Assembly: GCA_963749075.1 (NCBI GenBank)
Contig: CAVVLJ010000017.1
Span: forward strand, 256,001-320,000
Direction of reading: 5' to 3'
Length of the DNA stretch: 64,000 nucleotides
DNA from: an uncultured Pseudomonadota bacterium
GTDB lineage: Bacteria; Pseudomonadota; Alphaproteobacteria; JACZXZ01
The position numbers were made by a program, and so were the translations under genes. The notes beneath the pieces were generated by a model. The model saw nothing but the letters and a program-made list of their open reading frames with translations. It was not told the origin of the DNA and searched no databases. The first letter of the stretch is position 1. Each line of letters starts with the position of its first letter. Of this stretch, positions 39,543-51,948 are shown one piece after another.

Positions 39543-40198
39543 GGGGCGGTCCTCCCTCTGTCGACGGTGGCCGGGACGACGCCGATCATCGCGTCACGCG
39601 TGACGAGCGCTGCCAGCTGCTCCTCGCCATAATCCTCAGTCCCCTCCGGCCGCTTCGGCAGCACGAGGTAACGCACCATCGCGGTCGAATCGCTGACGCG
39701 GATCTCGACGTCGTCGGGAATGACGGTGCCGAATTCGGCCAGCACCGCCCGCGGCTCCGAGACCGCGCGCGCCCGGTAGGGCTTGAGCTTGTACCAGTCC
39801 GGCGGCAGCCCCAAGACCGGCCTCGGGTAGCAGGAGCAGAGCGTGCAGACGATGAGGTTGTGAACCTTGTCGGTGTTCTCGAGCACGATGAGCTGGGTGT
39901 CGTCGTAGAAGCTGATGCCGAGCTCCTCGCAGGCCGCGCGCCCGTCGGCGAGGAGGCGCGCGCGGAACGCGGGATCGACCCAGGCGCGCGCCGCGACCTT
40001 GGCGCCGAGCGCCGGCGTGCGCGAGTCCAGAACCTCGATCTGCCGGCGAATCTCGTCCGCGCCGATCAGCCGTCTCTCGACGAGGAGCTCGCGCACGGCC
40101 GTCTCCATGATGTCGTAATAGCCGGGACGCCCGGAGCGGCCGACCTCGGCATGCGGGTGGTCATGCCCGTGGCCGTGACCTTGATCCTGCTGGTTCAT
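39539..40198 (-). CDS. Co-type nitrile hydratase alpha / thiocyanate hydrolase gamma subunit
   Basis: Metal site VCTLCSCY (Thr/Tyr, Co-type), ARAWVDP.F, LGLPPDWYK, YRAR.V.EPR, LVLPKRP; His-rich N-terminus. Confidence 0.93.
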   Translation of the reverse strand: MNQQDQGHGHGHDHPHAEVGRSGRPGYYDIMETAVRELLVERRLIGADEIRRQIEVLDSRTPALGAKVAARAWVDPAFRARLLADGRAACEELGISFYDDTQLIVLENTDKVHNLIVCTLCSCYPRPVLGLPPDWYKLKPYRARAVSEPRAVLAEFGTVIPDDVEIRVSDSTAMVRYLVLPKRPEGTEDYGEEQLAALVTRDAMIGVVPATVDRGRTAP

Positions 40199-40201
40199 CT
40201 T

Positions 40202-40579
40202 TCACATCCTCTCGAGCCAGGTCTCGAAGACTTCGATGCGCAAGCCGTCCCGCGGCGAGCCCACGTAGTCCGGCCAGATCTCCGTCATCGCAATGGCGAT
40301 GCGGTAATAGTGGAGCCTCGATCCCGCGTTGCGGCCGTAACCTTCCTCCTCATTGTCGACGGCGGCCGGCTCGATCACGGCCTCGACCGAGCCGGTCTTG
40401 CCGCGCAGATAGATCGGCACGCGGTAATGGCCGATCGGAGAGCGGCTCAAGATTCGAATGCGGTCGCCGGGTTGGAAGACCGGCTCCTCGCCGAGGGCTG
40501 ATACGGGGCCGGGTATGGGCCCCGCGGCGTTCCGAGTTCTGTCGCGCATCGATCGGCTCCCTTTGCGCGTCGGCATCAT
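40202..40579 (-). CDS. Thiocyanate hydrolase alpha-like subunit (NHase beta C-terminal SH3-like half)
   Basis: FQPGDRIR, GHYRVPIYLRGKTG.V, YRIA...EIW, IEVFETWLE. Confidence 0.85.
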   Translation of the reverse strand: MMPTRKGSRSMRDRTRNAAGPIPGPVSALGEEPVFQPGDRIRILSRSPIGHYRVPIYLRGKTGSVEAVIEPAAVDNEEEGYGRNAGSRLHYYRIAIAMTEIWPDYVGSPRDGLRIEVFETWLERM

Positions 40580-41034
40580 GCCTTAATCGCCTCTACAACC
40601 TCCTCGCAGGCGACGGCGAGCTCCCGTCCGAGATCGGCGAGCGCTCGGCTGCCGTAGCGCGCGAAGGCGGCAGCCGGATCGATCCAGCGCACCGCCACGG
40701 CGCCGCCCGGCAGCTCGAGGACCGCGAACTTCAGCGGCGCCTCGAGCAGCGCAGCAGGATCGGCGGCGAGCACGCGCGCCATGAGGCGCGGGTGAAAGAA
40801 CAGGATCTGCCGGCCGGCGCCGATGGCGTAGCCTCCCCGCCGCAGCAACATCTGCGGATCGATCTCGTGCAGGACCCACAAGTCGGCTGCCTCGATCGCC
40901 TTCCGCAGCCGCGCGACCACATCCGCGACGGGGAGCCTCGAGACGCGGGAGCGCTGGAACGAGGCGGCCGCTTCGCCGAACTCGGCGTAGGCGACCGGGG
41001 TGGTGGCTTCTGGCTTGTTCATCGTCGACCTCAT
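40576..41034 (-). CDS. DUF302 domain protein (divergent)
   Basis: VLHEIDPQ, ILFFHP, EAPLKFAV, RWIDP. Confidence 0.75.
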   Translation of the reverse strand: MRSTMNKPEATTPVAYAEFGEAAASFQRSRVSRLPVADVVARLRKAIEAADLWVLHEIDPQMLLRRGGYAIGAGRQILFFHPRLMARVLAADPAALLEAPLKFAVLELPGGAVAVRWIDPAAAFARYGSRALADLGRELAVACEEVVEAIKA

Positions 41035-41132
41035 CGCTTGCCGGCTGCATTACAGGCGGGCAGCGTTGCCCTACGCTTACCAGGACGGCGCAAACGCCTA
41101 GCAGCCCGGATCAATCCTCCGCCCGGCGCGCG

Positions 41133-42600
41133 CTAGGGAGCTTGCACCTGGACGGGCTTGCCCGGCTTCGTCGCAGCACCGGTTACGATGACCAGGTAAC
41201 GGCGGGGCACATCTGCCCCACCCTGCACGACCTGGCGGATCGGGCCGACGGCGTTGACGATCGCCGAGCCCGCCGGGTTGGTCATGAAGCCGGCGAGCGG
41301 CTCGAGGGCGCCGGAGCCGTCCGCGCGGCTCGCCAGTGCCAGCACATAGGGCTGCTTCGGCTCGAGCCCGGTGACCGCCGCCTCCAGCACCTGCACCAGC
41401 CCCTGGTCGAACAGCGTCACGCTGGTCGGCGCCTTGGCGCCGGCCGCCGTTTTGCCGCCCGCCGGCACCATCGTGAAGTGAGCCGCCTGGCCGGCGATGC
41501 CGAGCGGCTGCAGCCCCTCCGTTCCCGCACCTTCCGGCACGGCGTCCGGCACGTAGACGACGGCCTGGGCGCCCTGGCCGATCGGCACGCTCGCGATCAC
41601 CTTGTTGCGTCAGCGTGTCGATCGCGGTCAGCTTGTCGCCGTTCTCGAGGCCGACATAGACGCGCGAGCCGTCGCCCGAGGGCCAAATGCCGTGCGGCAG
41701 CTTGCCCACGGGAATGGTCGCGACCAGGCTGAAGTCGTCCGTGCGGAAGACCTTGACCTCGTTCAGGCCGCCCACCGTGACATAGGCGAACTGGCCGTGC
41801 GCGTTGCGCACGATGTTGACGTGGTTGGTGATCGGGCCGGTATCGAGCATCTTGAGCACCGAGAAGGGCGGCCGCGCGTCGAAGACCTGGGTCTTGCCGG
41901 TGTCCTTGAGCGTGAACCAGACCTGAGAGCCGTCCGGCGTCGCGGCAATGTTGGGGCAGAACGGGCTCGCCTGCTGCACCCTCCCGACGATCTTGTGGTC
42001 GGCGACCGAGACGACGTCGGTCTCGGGATTGAAGGACGAGCAGACGTAGCCGTACTTGCCGTCTGGCGAGAAGATCGTCATCCCCGGGCCGTTGGGCGTG
42101 GTGATCCGCGTCTTCTCCTCGTAGGTCGAGCCGTCCAAGACGGACACATAGTTCTCGCCGCGAACGGTGACCCACACCTCCTTGCCGTCAGGCGTGAAGA
42201 ACGCCTCGTGCGGCGCGCGGCCGACATAGGTGATGTGCTTGATGGCGTTGGTTGGCGTGTCGATGAAGGTGACGGCGTTCGAGCCGATCGCCACCACGGC
42301 GATGGTGCGGTGGTCGGGCGAGAAGCCCATGCCGTGCACAAGGAGCTGCCCCTTGTAGAGCGGGCTGAAGTTCGCCGGCACCGGCTCGCCCAGCCGAATG
42401 ACGCCGAGCAGCTTGTTGTCGGCCGGATCGGTGACCGATACCGTGTTGGAGAACTGCTCGGCGGCATAGACGCGGTCGCGATGGCTGATCGGCACGTCGG
42501 GATCGGAAGCGGCCCCCGGAGCCTGCCCGGCCCAGGCCGAAGTGCTGCCGATCACAATGATGCTGCCGAGCAGCGCCGCCATAAATGGGTTCGCGATCAC
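41133..42600 (-). CDS. Exported YncE/YVTN beta-propeller protein with one +1 frameshift (~41607)
   Basis: AAGGAG RBS + GTG overlapping DUF305 stop; signal peptide; repeated FSPDG/VG..PH blades; C-terminus continues in the 41133..41600 frame. Confidence 0.85.
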
Positions 42601-43127
42601 TATGGCTCCTTTCGCATGTTCATCGGTGGCGTGGCGGTCGGAGGAGACGGCCCTGCCGACAGGTCCGACGGCTGATCGGGGGCTGCGGCCGGCGGCGGCA
42701 GAGGCTGCCCGAGCGCGAGCCGCATCGCGACGATCTCCTGCTGCTGCCCGACGATGATTTCCTGCGCGATCCGCCGCAGCTGCTCGTTGTGCCCGTAGCG
42801 CAGCTCGGCCCGAGCCATGTCGATCGCCCCCTGGTGGTGCGGGATCATCATGGCGGCGAAATCGACGTCGACGTCGCCCGACGGCTTGATCTCCATGCCG
42901 GCCATCATCCTCGTCATCGCGCCGACATTCTCGGAGAGGAACGGTGCCTCCTGGGGCGGGGACGAGCGGAACGCCGCCGAGCAGATCGCGGTCAAGTACT
43001 CGGCCAGGGACGGCGCCTCGGCCGGCTGAGCGGCCGGCAAGGCCGCATCTGCGACGGCGAGCACGCCGAGCGCGGCGGCGAGGCCCAGGGCGATAAAGGA
43101 CCACCGCCCGCGCGGAACCTTATGCAT
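42600..43127 (-). CDS. DUF305 (CopM-like ferritin-fold) exported protein
   Basis: GDVDVDFAAMMIPHHQGAIDMA..EL.YG, QQQEI..M; signal peptide. Confidence 0.9.
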   Translation of the reverse strand: MHKVPRGRWSFIALGLAAALGVLAVADAALPAAQPAEAPSLAEYLTAICSAAFRSSPPQEAPFLSENVGAMTRMMAGMEIKPSGDVDVDFAAMMIPHHQGAIDMARAELRYGHNEQLRRIAQEIIVGQQQEIVAMRLALGQPLPPPAAAPDQPSDLSAGPSPPTATPPMNMRKEP

Positions 43128-43304
43128 CTTCCCTCCTCGCCTTGCCGCCGCCTGCACAGTTCGACGGCCGGCCGGTCGGTTGCTCTTCCTCTCCGTTGAC
43201 ATGGCCACCATATCGGCCGCAGGCAAGGAAATGTCACCCGCATGCGGGCGAGGGCAGGCGATTCCCGTCTTTCCATCGCCGCGCCGATCTGCAATAAGCA
43301 AGCC

Positions 43305-44609
43305 ATGATCCCGCGCTACAGCCGTCCCGCCATGGCGGCGATCTGGTCGCCCGAGAACCGCCTCCGCATCTGGTTCGAGATCGAGGCGCATGCCGCGGAC
43401 GCGCAGGCCGCCCTCGGCGTCATCCCCAAGCGCGCCGCAGCCGCCATCTGGAAGCACGGGCGCGGCAAGGTGAAGCCCGCGCGGGTCGAGGCGATCGAAG
43501 CGCGCGTGCATCACGACGTGATCGCCTTCTTAACCGCGCTCGCCGAGCAGGTGGGCCCCGAGGCGCGCTTCGTGCACCAGGGCATGACCTCATCGGACGT
43601 GCTCGACACCTGCCTCGCGGTGCAGCTCAAGGAGGCGGCCGATCTCCTGCTGGACGACCTCGACCGCGTGCTCGCGGCCCTCAAGATGCGCGCTTTCGAG
43701 TACAAGACGACCGCGACGGTCGGGCGCAGCCACGGCATCCATGCCGAGCCCACGACCTTCGGGCTCAAGCTCGCCGGGCACTACGCCGAGTTCGCGCGCA
43801 ATCGCAAGCGCCTCGTGGCCGCGCGGCGCGAGATCGCCACCTGCGCCATCTCGGGTGCGGTCGGCACCTTCGCCAACATCGACCCGCGGGTCGAGCGCTA
43901 CGTGGCGGAGAAGCTCGGCCTCGCGGTCGAGCCGGTCTCGACCCAGGTCATCCCGCGCGACCGCCATGCGGCATACTTTTCGGCCCTCGCCCTCATCGCG
44001 AGCGCCGTCGAGCGCATCGCCGTCGAGATCCGCCATCTCCAGCGGAGCGAGGTGCGCGAGGCCGAGGAGTATTTCGCACCCGGCCAGAAGGGCAGCTCGG
44101 CCATGCCGCACAAGCGCAACCCGGTGCTCTCCGAGAACCTCACGGGGCTCGCGCGGCTCGTGCGCTCCCACCTCGCGCCGGCGCTCGAGAACGTCGCCCT
44201 CTGGCACGAGCGCGACATCTCCCATTCGGCGGTCGAGCGGGTCATCGCACCCGACGGGACGATCGCGCTCGACTTCGCCCTCGACCGCCTCGCGGGCCTC
44301 GTCGAGCGGCTCGTCGTCTATCCCGACAACATGAAAGCCAATCTCGAGCGCTACGGCGGGCTCGTGCATTCCCAGCGCGTGCTCCTCGCCCTCACCCAGG
44401 CCGGCATGAGCCGCGAGGACGCCTATCTCGCCGTGCAGAGGAACGCCATGAAGGCGTGGCAGGAGGGCGGCGACTTCCTCGCCGGCCTTCAAGCGGACGC
44501 CGAGGTGCGCGGGTATTTGAGCGCCGCGGCGCTGGCCAAGCTCTTCGACCTCGGCTACCACACGAAGCACGTCGACCGCATCTTCCGCCGCGTCTTCGGC
44601 AAGGTGTGA
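43305..44609 (+). CDS. purB: Adenylosuccinate lyase
   Basis: MIPRYSRP, GRSHGIHAEP, GSSAMPHKRNP, WHERDISHS. Confidence 0.97.
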   Translation: MIPRYSRPAMAAIWSPENRLRIWFEIEAHAADAQAALGVIPKRAAAAIWKHGRGKVKPARVEAIEARVHHDVIAFLTALAEQVGPEARFVHQGMTSSDVLDTCLAVQLKEAADLLLDDLDRVLAALKMRAFEYKTTATVGRSHGIHAEPTTFGLKLAGHYAEFARNRKRLVAARREIATCAISGAVGTFANIDPRVERYVAEKLGLAVEPVSTQVIPRDRHAAYFSALALIASAVERIAVEIRHLQRSEVREAEEYFAPGQKGSSAMPHKRNPVLSENLTGLARLVRSHLAPALENVALWHERDISHSAVERVIAPDGTIALDFALDRLAGLVERLVVYPDNMKANLERYGGLVHSQRVLLALTQAGMSREDAYLAVQRNAMKAWQEGGDFLAGLQADAEVRGYLSAAALAKLFDLGYHTKHVDRIFRRVFGKV

Positions 44610-44613
44610 GGCC

Positions 44614-45594
44614 GTGCGCCGCCCCGCCGCCGCCCTGCTCGCCGCCGCCCTGCTCGCCGCATGGGTGCTGCCGGCGGCGGCCGAGACCCTCCGCTGGGAC
44701 ATGGCGAACGAGTACCCGGCCAGCTCGATGCAGGGCGAGGGCGACGCGGTCTTCGCGGCGGAGCTCAAGGAGCGCACGGCAGGGCGCATTGCCCTCGTCG
44801 GCCATTTCGACGCGACGCGCGGCAAATCGGCCGACATCTTCCGCGCCGTCGGCGCCGGGACGACAGACCTCGGCGATGTCTACGCCGGAGCACTCGGCGG
44901 CGTGGAGCCCGTCTTCCTCCTCTCCTCGCTGCCTTTCCTCGCGGTGACGACGGAAGCGGCCGAGCGGCTCTTCGAGACGGCGCGCGCGGAATACGACCGC
45001 GTCCTTGCCGAGCACGGGCAGAAGCTCCTCTACGCCTCGCCCTGGCCGCCGAGCGGCATCTGGGCCAAGAAGGCAATCGTCGAGGTTGCAGCGCTCAAGG
45101 GCCTGCGCATCCGCACCTACGACGCCACCAGCACCCGGGTCTTCGCGGCGGTGGGTGCTGTCCCGTCGCAGCTCAGCTTCGCCGACGCGCTGCCGCGATT
45201 GCGCGCGGGCGAGATCGAGGCGGTGCTCTCCTCGGGCGACGGCGGCGCAGGTGCGCGCTTATGGGACTTCCTCGACCACTTCTCCGCGGTCGACTACGCC
45301 ATGCCGCTCAGCCTGGTGACGATCAACCTTAAGATCTGGAACGGCCTCTCCGGCGAGCTCAAGCGCGCGGTCGAGGCCGCGGCGGGAGCCGCGAGCGAGC
45401 GGCAATGGCGGGTCATCCACGGCCGCGTCGAGGCGAACTACGCGCGCATGCGCGAGAACGGTGTCACGATTGCGGAAACGGTCTCGCCGCAGCTCGCGCA
45501 GGCTTTCTCGGCGGCGGCGGCGAGTGCCATCGCGGAATGGGAAGAAAAGGCGGGTCCGGCCGGGCGCGAGATACTTGCCGCCTATCGGAAGTAG
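44614..45594 (+). CDS. TRAP transporter substrate-binding protein (DctP family)
   Basis: WDMANEYP, PWPPSG, LKGLRIRTYD; signal peptide. Confidence 0.88.
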   Translation: MRRPAAALLAAALLAAWVLPAAAETLRWDMANEYPASSMQGEGDAVFAAELKERTAGRIALVGHFDATRGKSADIFRAVGAGTTDLGDVYAGALGGVEPVFLLSSLPFLAVTTEAAERLFETARAEYDRVLAEHGQKLLYASPWPPSGIWAKKAIVEVAALKGLRIRTYDATSTRVFAAVGAVPSQLSFADALPRLRAGEIEAVLSSGDGGAGARLWDFLDHFSAVDYAMPLSLVTINLKIWNGLSGELKRAVEAAAGAASERQWRVIHGRVEANYARMRENGVTIAETVSPQLAQAFSAAAASAIAEWEEKAGPAGREILAAYRK

Positions 45595-45617
45595 GGCCCT
45601 CCCGCGCCCGCGGCGGG

Positions 45618-45950
45618 CTAAGGCTTGACCTCGGCCATCACCTGCTGCTGCGCCTCGGCGAGGCACTCCTCAAGGTGCCTGCCGATGCGGTGGGTGGAGA
45701 TAACCAGGCCGTGCTGGTGGAAGTCCATGGAGAGCATCTCGACAAGATGCTCGTCGACATGCTTGGCGAGGTTCTTCTCGATGATCCCTTTGGCATAGGC
45801 CTCGGCAGCGGCGCCGACGAGGCCCATCTTGCTCGCGGCCCACAGCCCGATCAGCTTGTCGCGCCGCACCGTCACCTTGAAGCGCAGCTCCTCGTCGTGC
45901 CGGTACTTCGCCTCGAACTGCTTCTCGCGGTCGTCGAAGATATGGCTCAT
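45618..45950 (-). CDS. DUF1476 / F1Fo-ATPase inhibitor zeta subunit-like
   Basis: FDDREKQFEAKY.HDEEL.FK...RRDKL.GLWAA. Confidence 0.88.
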   Translation of the reverse strand: MSHIFDDREKQFEAKYRHDEELRFKVTVRRDKLIGLWAASKMGLVGAAAEAYAKGIIEKNLAKHVDEHLVEMLSMDFHQHGLVISTHRIGRHLEECLAEAQQQVMAEVKP

Positions 45951-46057
45951 CGGCGCTGTGGCTCCTCCTCGAGGGCGGCCCGCAAGGGGAGCAGGTGCTG
46001 CCGCGCGGGACGAGTCTTTTATAGCGGGGCGACCTTGCGGGTGGTATCGAAATCCTC

Positions 46058-46843
46058 ATGTGCACCGTCGTCGTTCTCCTGCGCCCCGGACATGCCTGGC
46101 CGCTCCTCATCGCCGCCAACCGCGACGAGATGCTGAGCCGGCCCTGGCGGCCGCCGGCCGCCCATTGGCCGGACCGGCCAGGCGTGGTGGCCGGGCTCGA
46201 CGAGCTCGCCGGCGGCAGCTGGCTCGGCGTCAATCGCGACGGCGTCGCGGCGGGCATGCTCAACCGCCGCGGCTCCCTCGGACCTGCGGCGGGAAAGCGC
46301 AGCCGCGGCGAGCTCGTGCTCGAGGCGCTCGACCATGGCGACGCCGTGGCGGCGGCGGAGGCGCTCGCCGACCTCGATCCCCACGCCTACCGCACCTTCA
46401 ACATGGTGGTTGCCGACAACAGCCAGGGCTATTGGCTGCGCAACCGCGGCGACGAGGGGCCGGGCGTCATCGAGCTGCTTCCGCTGCCGCCCGGCTATTC
46501 GATGGTCACCGCCTACGACCGCAACGACCGCGCGAGCGCCCGCATCCGCGACAACCTGCCGCGCTTCGAGGCGGCGGCGGTGCCCGATCCCAAGCGCGGC
46601 GACTGGGCGGCGTGGCAGGCGCTCCTCGCCAGCCGCGGCGCCGCGGCGGAGGAGAATGCCCCCGAAAATGCCCATGAAAACGCCCATGAAAGCGCCATGT
46701 GCATCGTCACCGACTACGGCTTCGGCACCTCATCGAGCTCGCTGATCGCACTTCCCTCGGTCGAGAGGCCGGAAATCCGCCCCGTCTGGCTCTTTGCCGC
46801 AGGGGCGCCGGGCGAGGCGCCCTATTTGCCGATCGTTCTTTGA
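46058..46843 (+). CDS. NRDE/TANGO2 family protein
   Basis: MC N-terminus, AANRDE, GGSWLG, SRGELV, GFGTSSS. Confidence 0.92.
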   Translation: MCTVVVLLRPGHAWPLLIAANRDEMLSRPWRPPAAHWPDRPGVVAGLDELAGGSWLGVNRDGVAAGMLNRRGSLGPAAGKRSRGELVLEALDHGDAVAAAEALADLDPHAYRTFNMVVADNSQGYWLRNRGDEGPGVIELLPLPPGYSMVTAYDRNDRASARIRDNLPRFEAAAVPDPKRGDWAAWQALLASRGAAAEENAPENAHENAHESAMCIVTDYGFGTSSSSLIALPSVERPEIRPVWLFAAGAPGEAPYLPIVL

Positions 46844-47015
46844 AGTTTCATGGTATGTTCAAAACTCGGAGGCGTTGTTTTGTGCGAGCCATGTTGCTAT
46901 ATCAGGCCGTGCGACGGGTGCCGCGCGTCACGAGAGCCGCACTTCGACAGACGGCCGGCCGGGGCCATTCCCGGGACCGGCCAGTCCCTGCCCATGCGCG
47001 CCAGCGGGTTCGAAC

Positions 47016-47780
47016 ATGTCCAGACGCAAGCGCATCTATGAAGGCAAGGCGAAGGTGCTCTACGAGGGCCCCGAGCCGGGCACCATCGTGCAGTACTTCA
47101 AGGACGACGCGACCGCCTTCCACGCGCGCAAGCGCGGCGTGATCACGGGCAAGGGCGTCCTCAACAACCGCATCTCCGAGTACCTCATGACGCGGCTCGG
47201 CGAGATCGGCGTGCCGACGCACTTCCTGCGCCGCCTGAACATGCGCGAGCAGCTCGTGCGCGAGGTGGAGATCATCCCGCTCGAGGTCGTGGTGCGCAAC
47301 GTCTCCGCCGGCACCTTCGCCGAGCGCTTCGGCATTGCCGAGGGCACGGCACTGCCGCGCTCGATCGTCGAGTACTACTACAAGAACGACGAGCTCTCCG
47401 ATCCCATGGTGGGCGAGGAGCACATCACGGCCTTCGGCTGGGCGACGCCCCAGGACCTCGACGAGATCATGTCGCTCGTGCTCCGCATCAACGATTTCCT
47501 CGCCGGGCTCTTCCTCGGCGTCGGCATCCGCCTCGTCGATCTCAAGGTCGAGTTCGGCCGCCTGTGGAACGGCGACGACATGCGCATCGTGCTCGCCGAC
47601 GAGATCACGCCGGACAGCTGCCGGCTGTGGGACCTCAAGACCAACGAGAAGCTCGACAAGGACCGCTTCCGCCGCGATCTCGGCCAGGTCGCCGAGGCCT
47701 ACCAGGAGGTGGCGCGGCGTTTGGGCATCATGCCCGAGGCGGGCCCCGCAGATCTCAAGGGCCCCTCGGTCATGCAATGA
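47016..47780 (+). CDS. purC: SAICAR synthetase
   Basis: [43 protein letters not shown]. Confidence 0.97.
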   Translation: MSRRKRIYEGKAKVLYEGPEPGTIVQYFKDDATAFHARKRGVITGKGVLNNRISEYLMTRLGEIGVPTHFLRRLNMREQLVREVEIIPLEVVVRNVSAGTFAERFGIAEGTALPRSIVEYYYKNDELSDPMVGEEHITAFGWATPQDLDEIMSLVLRINDFLAGLFLGVGIRLVDLKVEFGRLWNGDDMRIVLADEITPDSCRLWDLKTNEKLDKDRFRRDLGQVAEAYQEVARRLGIMPEAGPADLKGPSVMQ

Positions 47781-47823
47781 CGCGAGGAGGAAGCGCGCCG
47801 GCAAGGAGAGAACGGCGGGTTTC

Positions 47824-48066
47824 GTGAAGGCCAAGGTCCATATCACGCTCAAGGGCGGCGTGCTCGATCCGCAAGGTAAGGCGATCGCGCACGCGCTCCT
47901 CTCCCTCGGCTTCGCCGGGGTAGGCGAGGTCCGCCAGGGCAAATACATCGAGATCGAGCTCGCGGAGAGCGACCGCGCCAAAGCCCAGGCCGCGGTCGAC
48001 GCCATGTGCCGCAAGCTCCTCGCCAACACCGTCATCGAGAACTACGCGATCGAGCTGGTGAGCTAG
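47824..48066 (+). CDS. purS: FGAM synthase subunit PurS
   Basis: VLDPQGKAI, VRQGK, LLANTVIENY. Confidence 0.95.
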   Translation: MKAKVHITLKGGVLDPQGKAIAHALLSLGFAGVGEVRQGKYIEIELAESDRAKAQAAVDAMCRKLLANTVIENYAIELVS

Positions 48067-48205
48067 TGCCGGGAAGCGTTGATGTCTGATAGACCCCCCA
48101 CCCTACCCTCCCCCTCAAGGGGGGAGGGGAAGTGCATGGCATGGCAACAAACTTCCCCCTCCCCCTTGAAGGGGGAGGGTGGGGAGGGGGTGGCGCTCAA
48201 AATCG
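48063..48205. mobile_element. REPIN/MITE-like element copy (right end degenerate) starting at purS stop
   Basis: CTAGTGCCGGGAAGCGTTGATG + core nearly identical to 32461-32562. Confidence 0.75.
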
Positions 48206-48242
48206 CGAGAGGCGGCGCTCGGAACGCCGAGGTGCCAGCGCC

Positions 48243-48928
48243 ATGAAAGCCGCCGTCATCGTCTTTCCCGCCTCCAACTGCGACCGCGACGTGAAGGAGG
48301 CGCTCGAGCGCACGCCGGGCGTCGAGCCGGTCATGGTGTGGCACAAGAGCACCGAGCTGCCCAAAGTCGACCTCATCGTCATCCCGGGCGGCTTCGCCTT
48401 CGGCGATTACCTGCGCGCGGGCGCCATGGCGGCGCACTCGCCCGTCATGTACGAGGTGCGGCGGCGGGCGGCGGGCGGCACGCCCGTCCTCGGCATCTGC
48501 AACGGCTTCCAGGTGCTGACCGAGGCGGGCATGCTGCCGGGCGCCTTCCTGCAGAACGCCGGGCTCAAATTCGTCTCCAAGGACGTCTTCCTCAAAGTCG
48601 AGACGAGCCAGAGCATCTTCACCAACCGCTACGAGGCGGGCGAGACGCTGCGCATCCCGATCGCCCATCACGAGGGCAACTACTACGCCGACGAGGAGAC
48701 CCTGAAGCGCCTCGAGGGCAACGGCCAGATAGCCTTCCGCTACTGCAACGAGGCGGGCGAGGTGACGCCGGAGGCCAACCCCAATGGTGCCGCGCGCAAC
48801 ATCGCCGGCATCTTCAACGAGAGCAAGACCATCCTCGGCCTCATGCCGCACCCCGAGCGCCTGGCCGAAGCCGCACTCGGCGGCAGCGACGGCAAGGCGC
48901 TGTTCGAGGCCCTGGCCGAGGCGCTCTC

Positions 48929-48932
<4 letters not shown>
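48243..48932 (+). CDS. purQ: FGAM synthase glutaminase subunit PurQ
   Basis: FPASNCD, PGGF.FGDYLR.G, GICNGFQ, MPHPER. Confidence 0.97.
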
Positions 48933-51172
<2,240 letters not shown>

Positions 51173-51175
51173 AGG

Positions 51176-51412
51176 ATGCCGATGGCGGCCAGCGAGATCG
51201 AGCGCCTGATCAAGCAGGCGCTGCCCGACGCGCGGGTCACGATCGAGGATCTGCGCGGCGACGGCGATCACTATGCGGCGCACGTCGTCTCGGCGGCCTT
51301 CAAGGGCAAGACCCGCGTGCAGCAGCATCAGCTCGTCTATCAGGCACTGCGCGGCCGCATGGGAAGCGAGCTCCATGCCTTGGCACTGCAGACCACGGCA
51401 CCCGCCGATTGA
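51176..51412 (+). CDS. bolA: BolA/IbaG family protein
   Basis: GDGDHY, F.GK.RVQQHQLVY, LHALAL.T. Confidence 0.93.
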   Translation: MPMAASEIERLIKQALPDARVTIEDLRGDGDHYAAHVVSAAFKGKTRVQQHQLVYQALRGRMGSELHALALQTTAPAD

Positions 51413-51454
51413 CAACCCCAGAGCGGCACAACCCTAAAGCAAGGTGATTGCAAA

Positions 51455-51793
51455 ATGGCCGACACACCCCTGGCAGAGCAAATCCGCAAGGAGATCAGCG
51501 AGAACGAGGTGGTGCTCTTCATGAAGGGCACGCCCGTGTTCCCCCAGTGCGGCTTCTCGGCCGCGGTGGTGCAGGTGCTCAATCACCTGGGCGTCAAGTT
51601 CAAGGGCGTCGACGTGCTCCAGGATGCCGAGCTGCGCCAGGGCATCAAGGAGTTCAGCAGCTGGCCGACCATCCCGCAGCTCTACGTCAAGGGCGAGTTC
51701 GTCGGCGGTTGCGACATCATCCGCGACATGTACCAGTCGGGCGAGCTCGCGGAGCACCTCAAGGGCCAAGGCGTCGCGACCAAGGCGGCATAG
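51455..51793 (+). CDS. grxD: Monothiol glutaredoxin Grx4
   Basis: FMKGTP.FPQCGFS, WPTIPQLY, GGCDI. Confidence 0.96.
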   Translation: MADTPLAEQIRKEISENEVVLFMKGTPVFPQCGFSAAVVQVLNHLGVKFKGVDVLQDAELRQGIKEFSSWPTIPQLYVKGEFVGGCDIIRDMYQSGELAEHLKGQGVATKAA

Positions 51794-51948
51794 CGCCCGA
51801 ATCATTGATGCGCGGGTCACCCCCTCCCCACCCTCCCCCTTCAAGGGGGAGGGGGAAATTTATTGTCACGCCATGCACCTCCCCTCCCCCCTTGAGGGGG
51901 AGGGTCAGGGAGGGGGGTGGGATACGCATCAATGATGGTGAGTGCTAG
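51790..51948. mobile_element. REPIN/MITE-like element copy (complete; core inverted) starting at grxD stop
   Basis: ATAGCGCCCGAATCATTGATGCG...reverse-complemented core...CGCATCAATGATGGTGAGTGCTAG. Confidence 0.75.

Noticed and set aside
44614-45594. Orphan DctP as a novel system
   Set aside because: Solitary TRAP binding proteins are common and can use permeases encoded elsewhere
46900-47010. Possible ZTP (pfl) riboswitch upstream of purC (GTGCGACGGG...GAGCCGCAC)
   Set aside because: A P1-like pairing exists, but the conserved GACUGG and 3' CGCCUGGGC elements are not matched; an Infernal search would be needed
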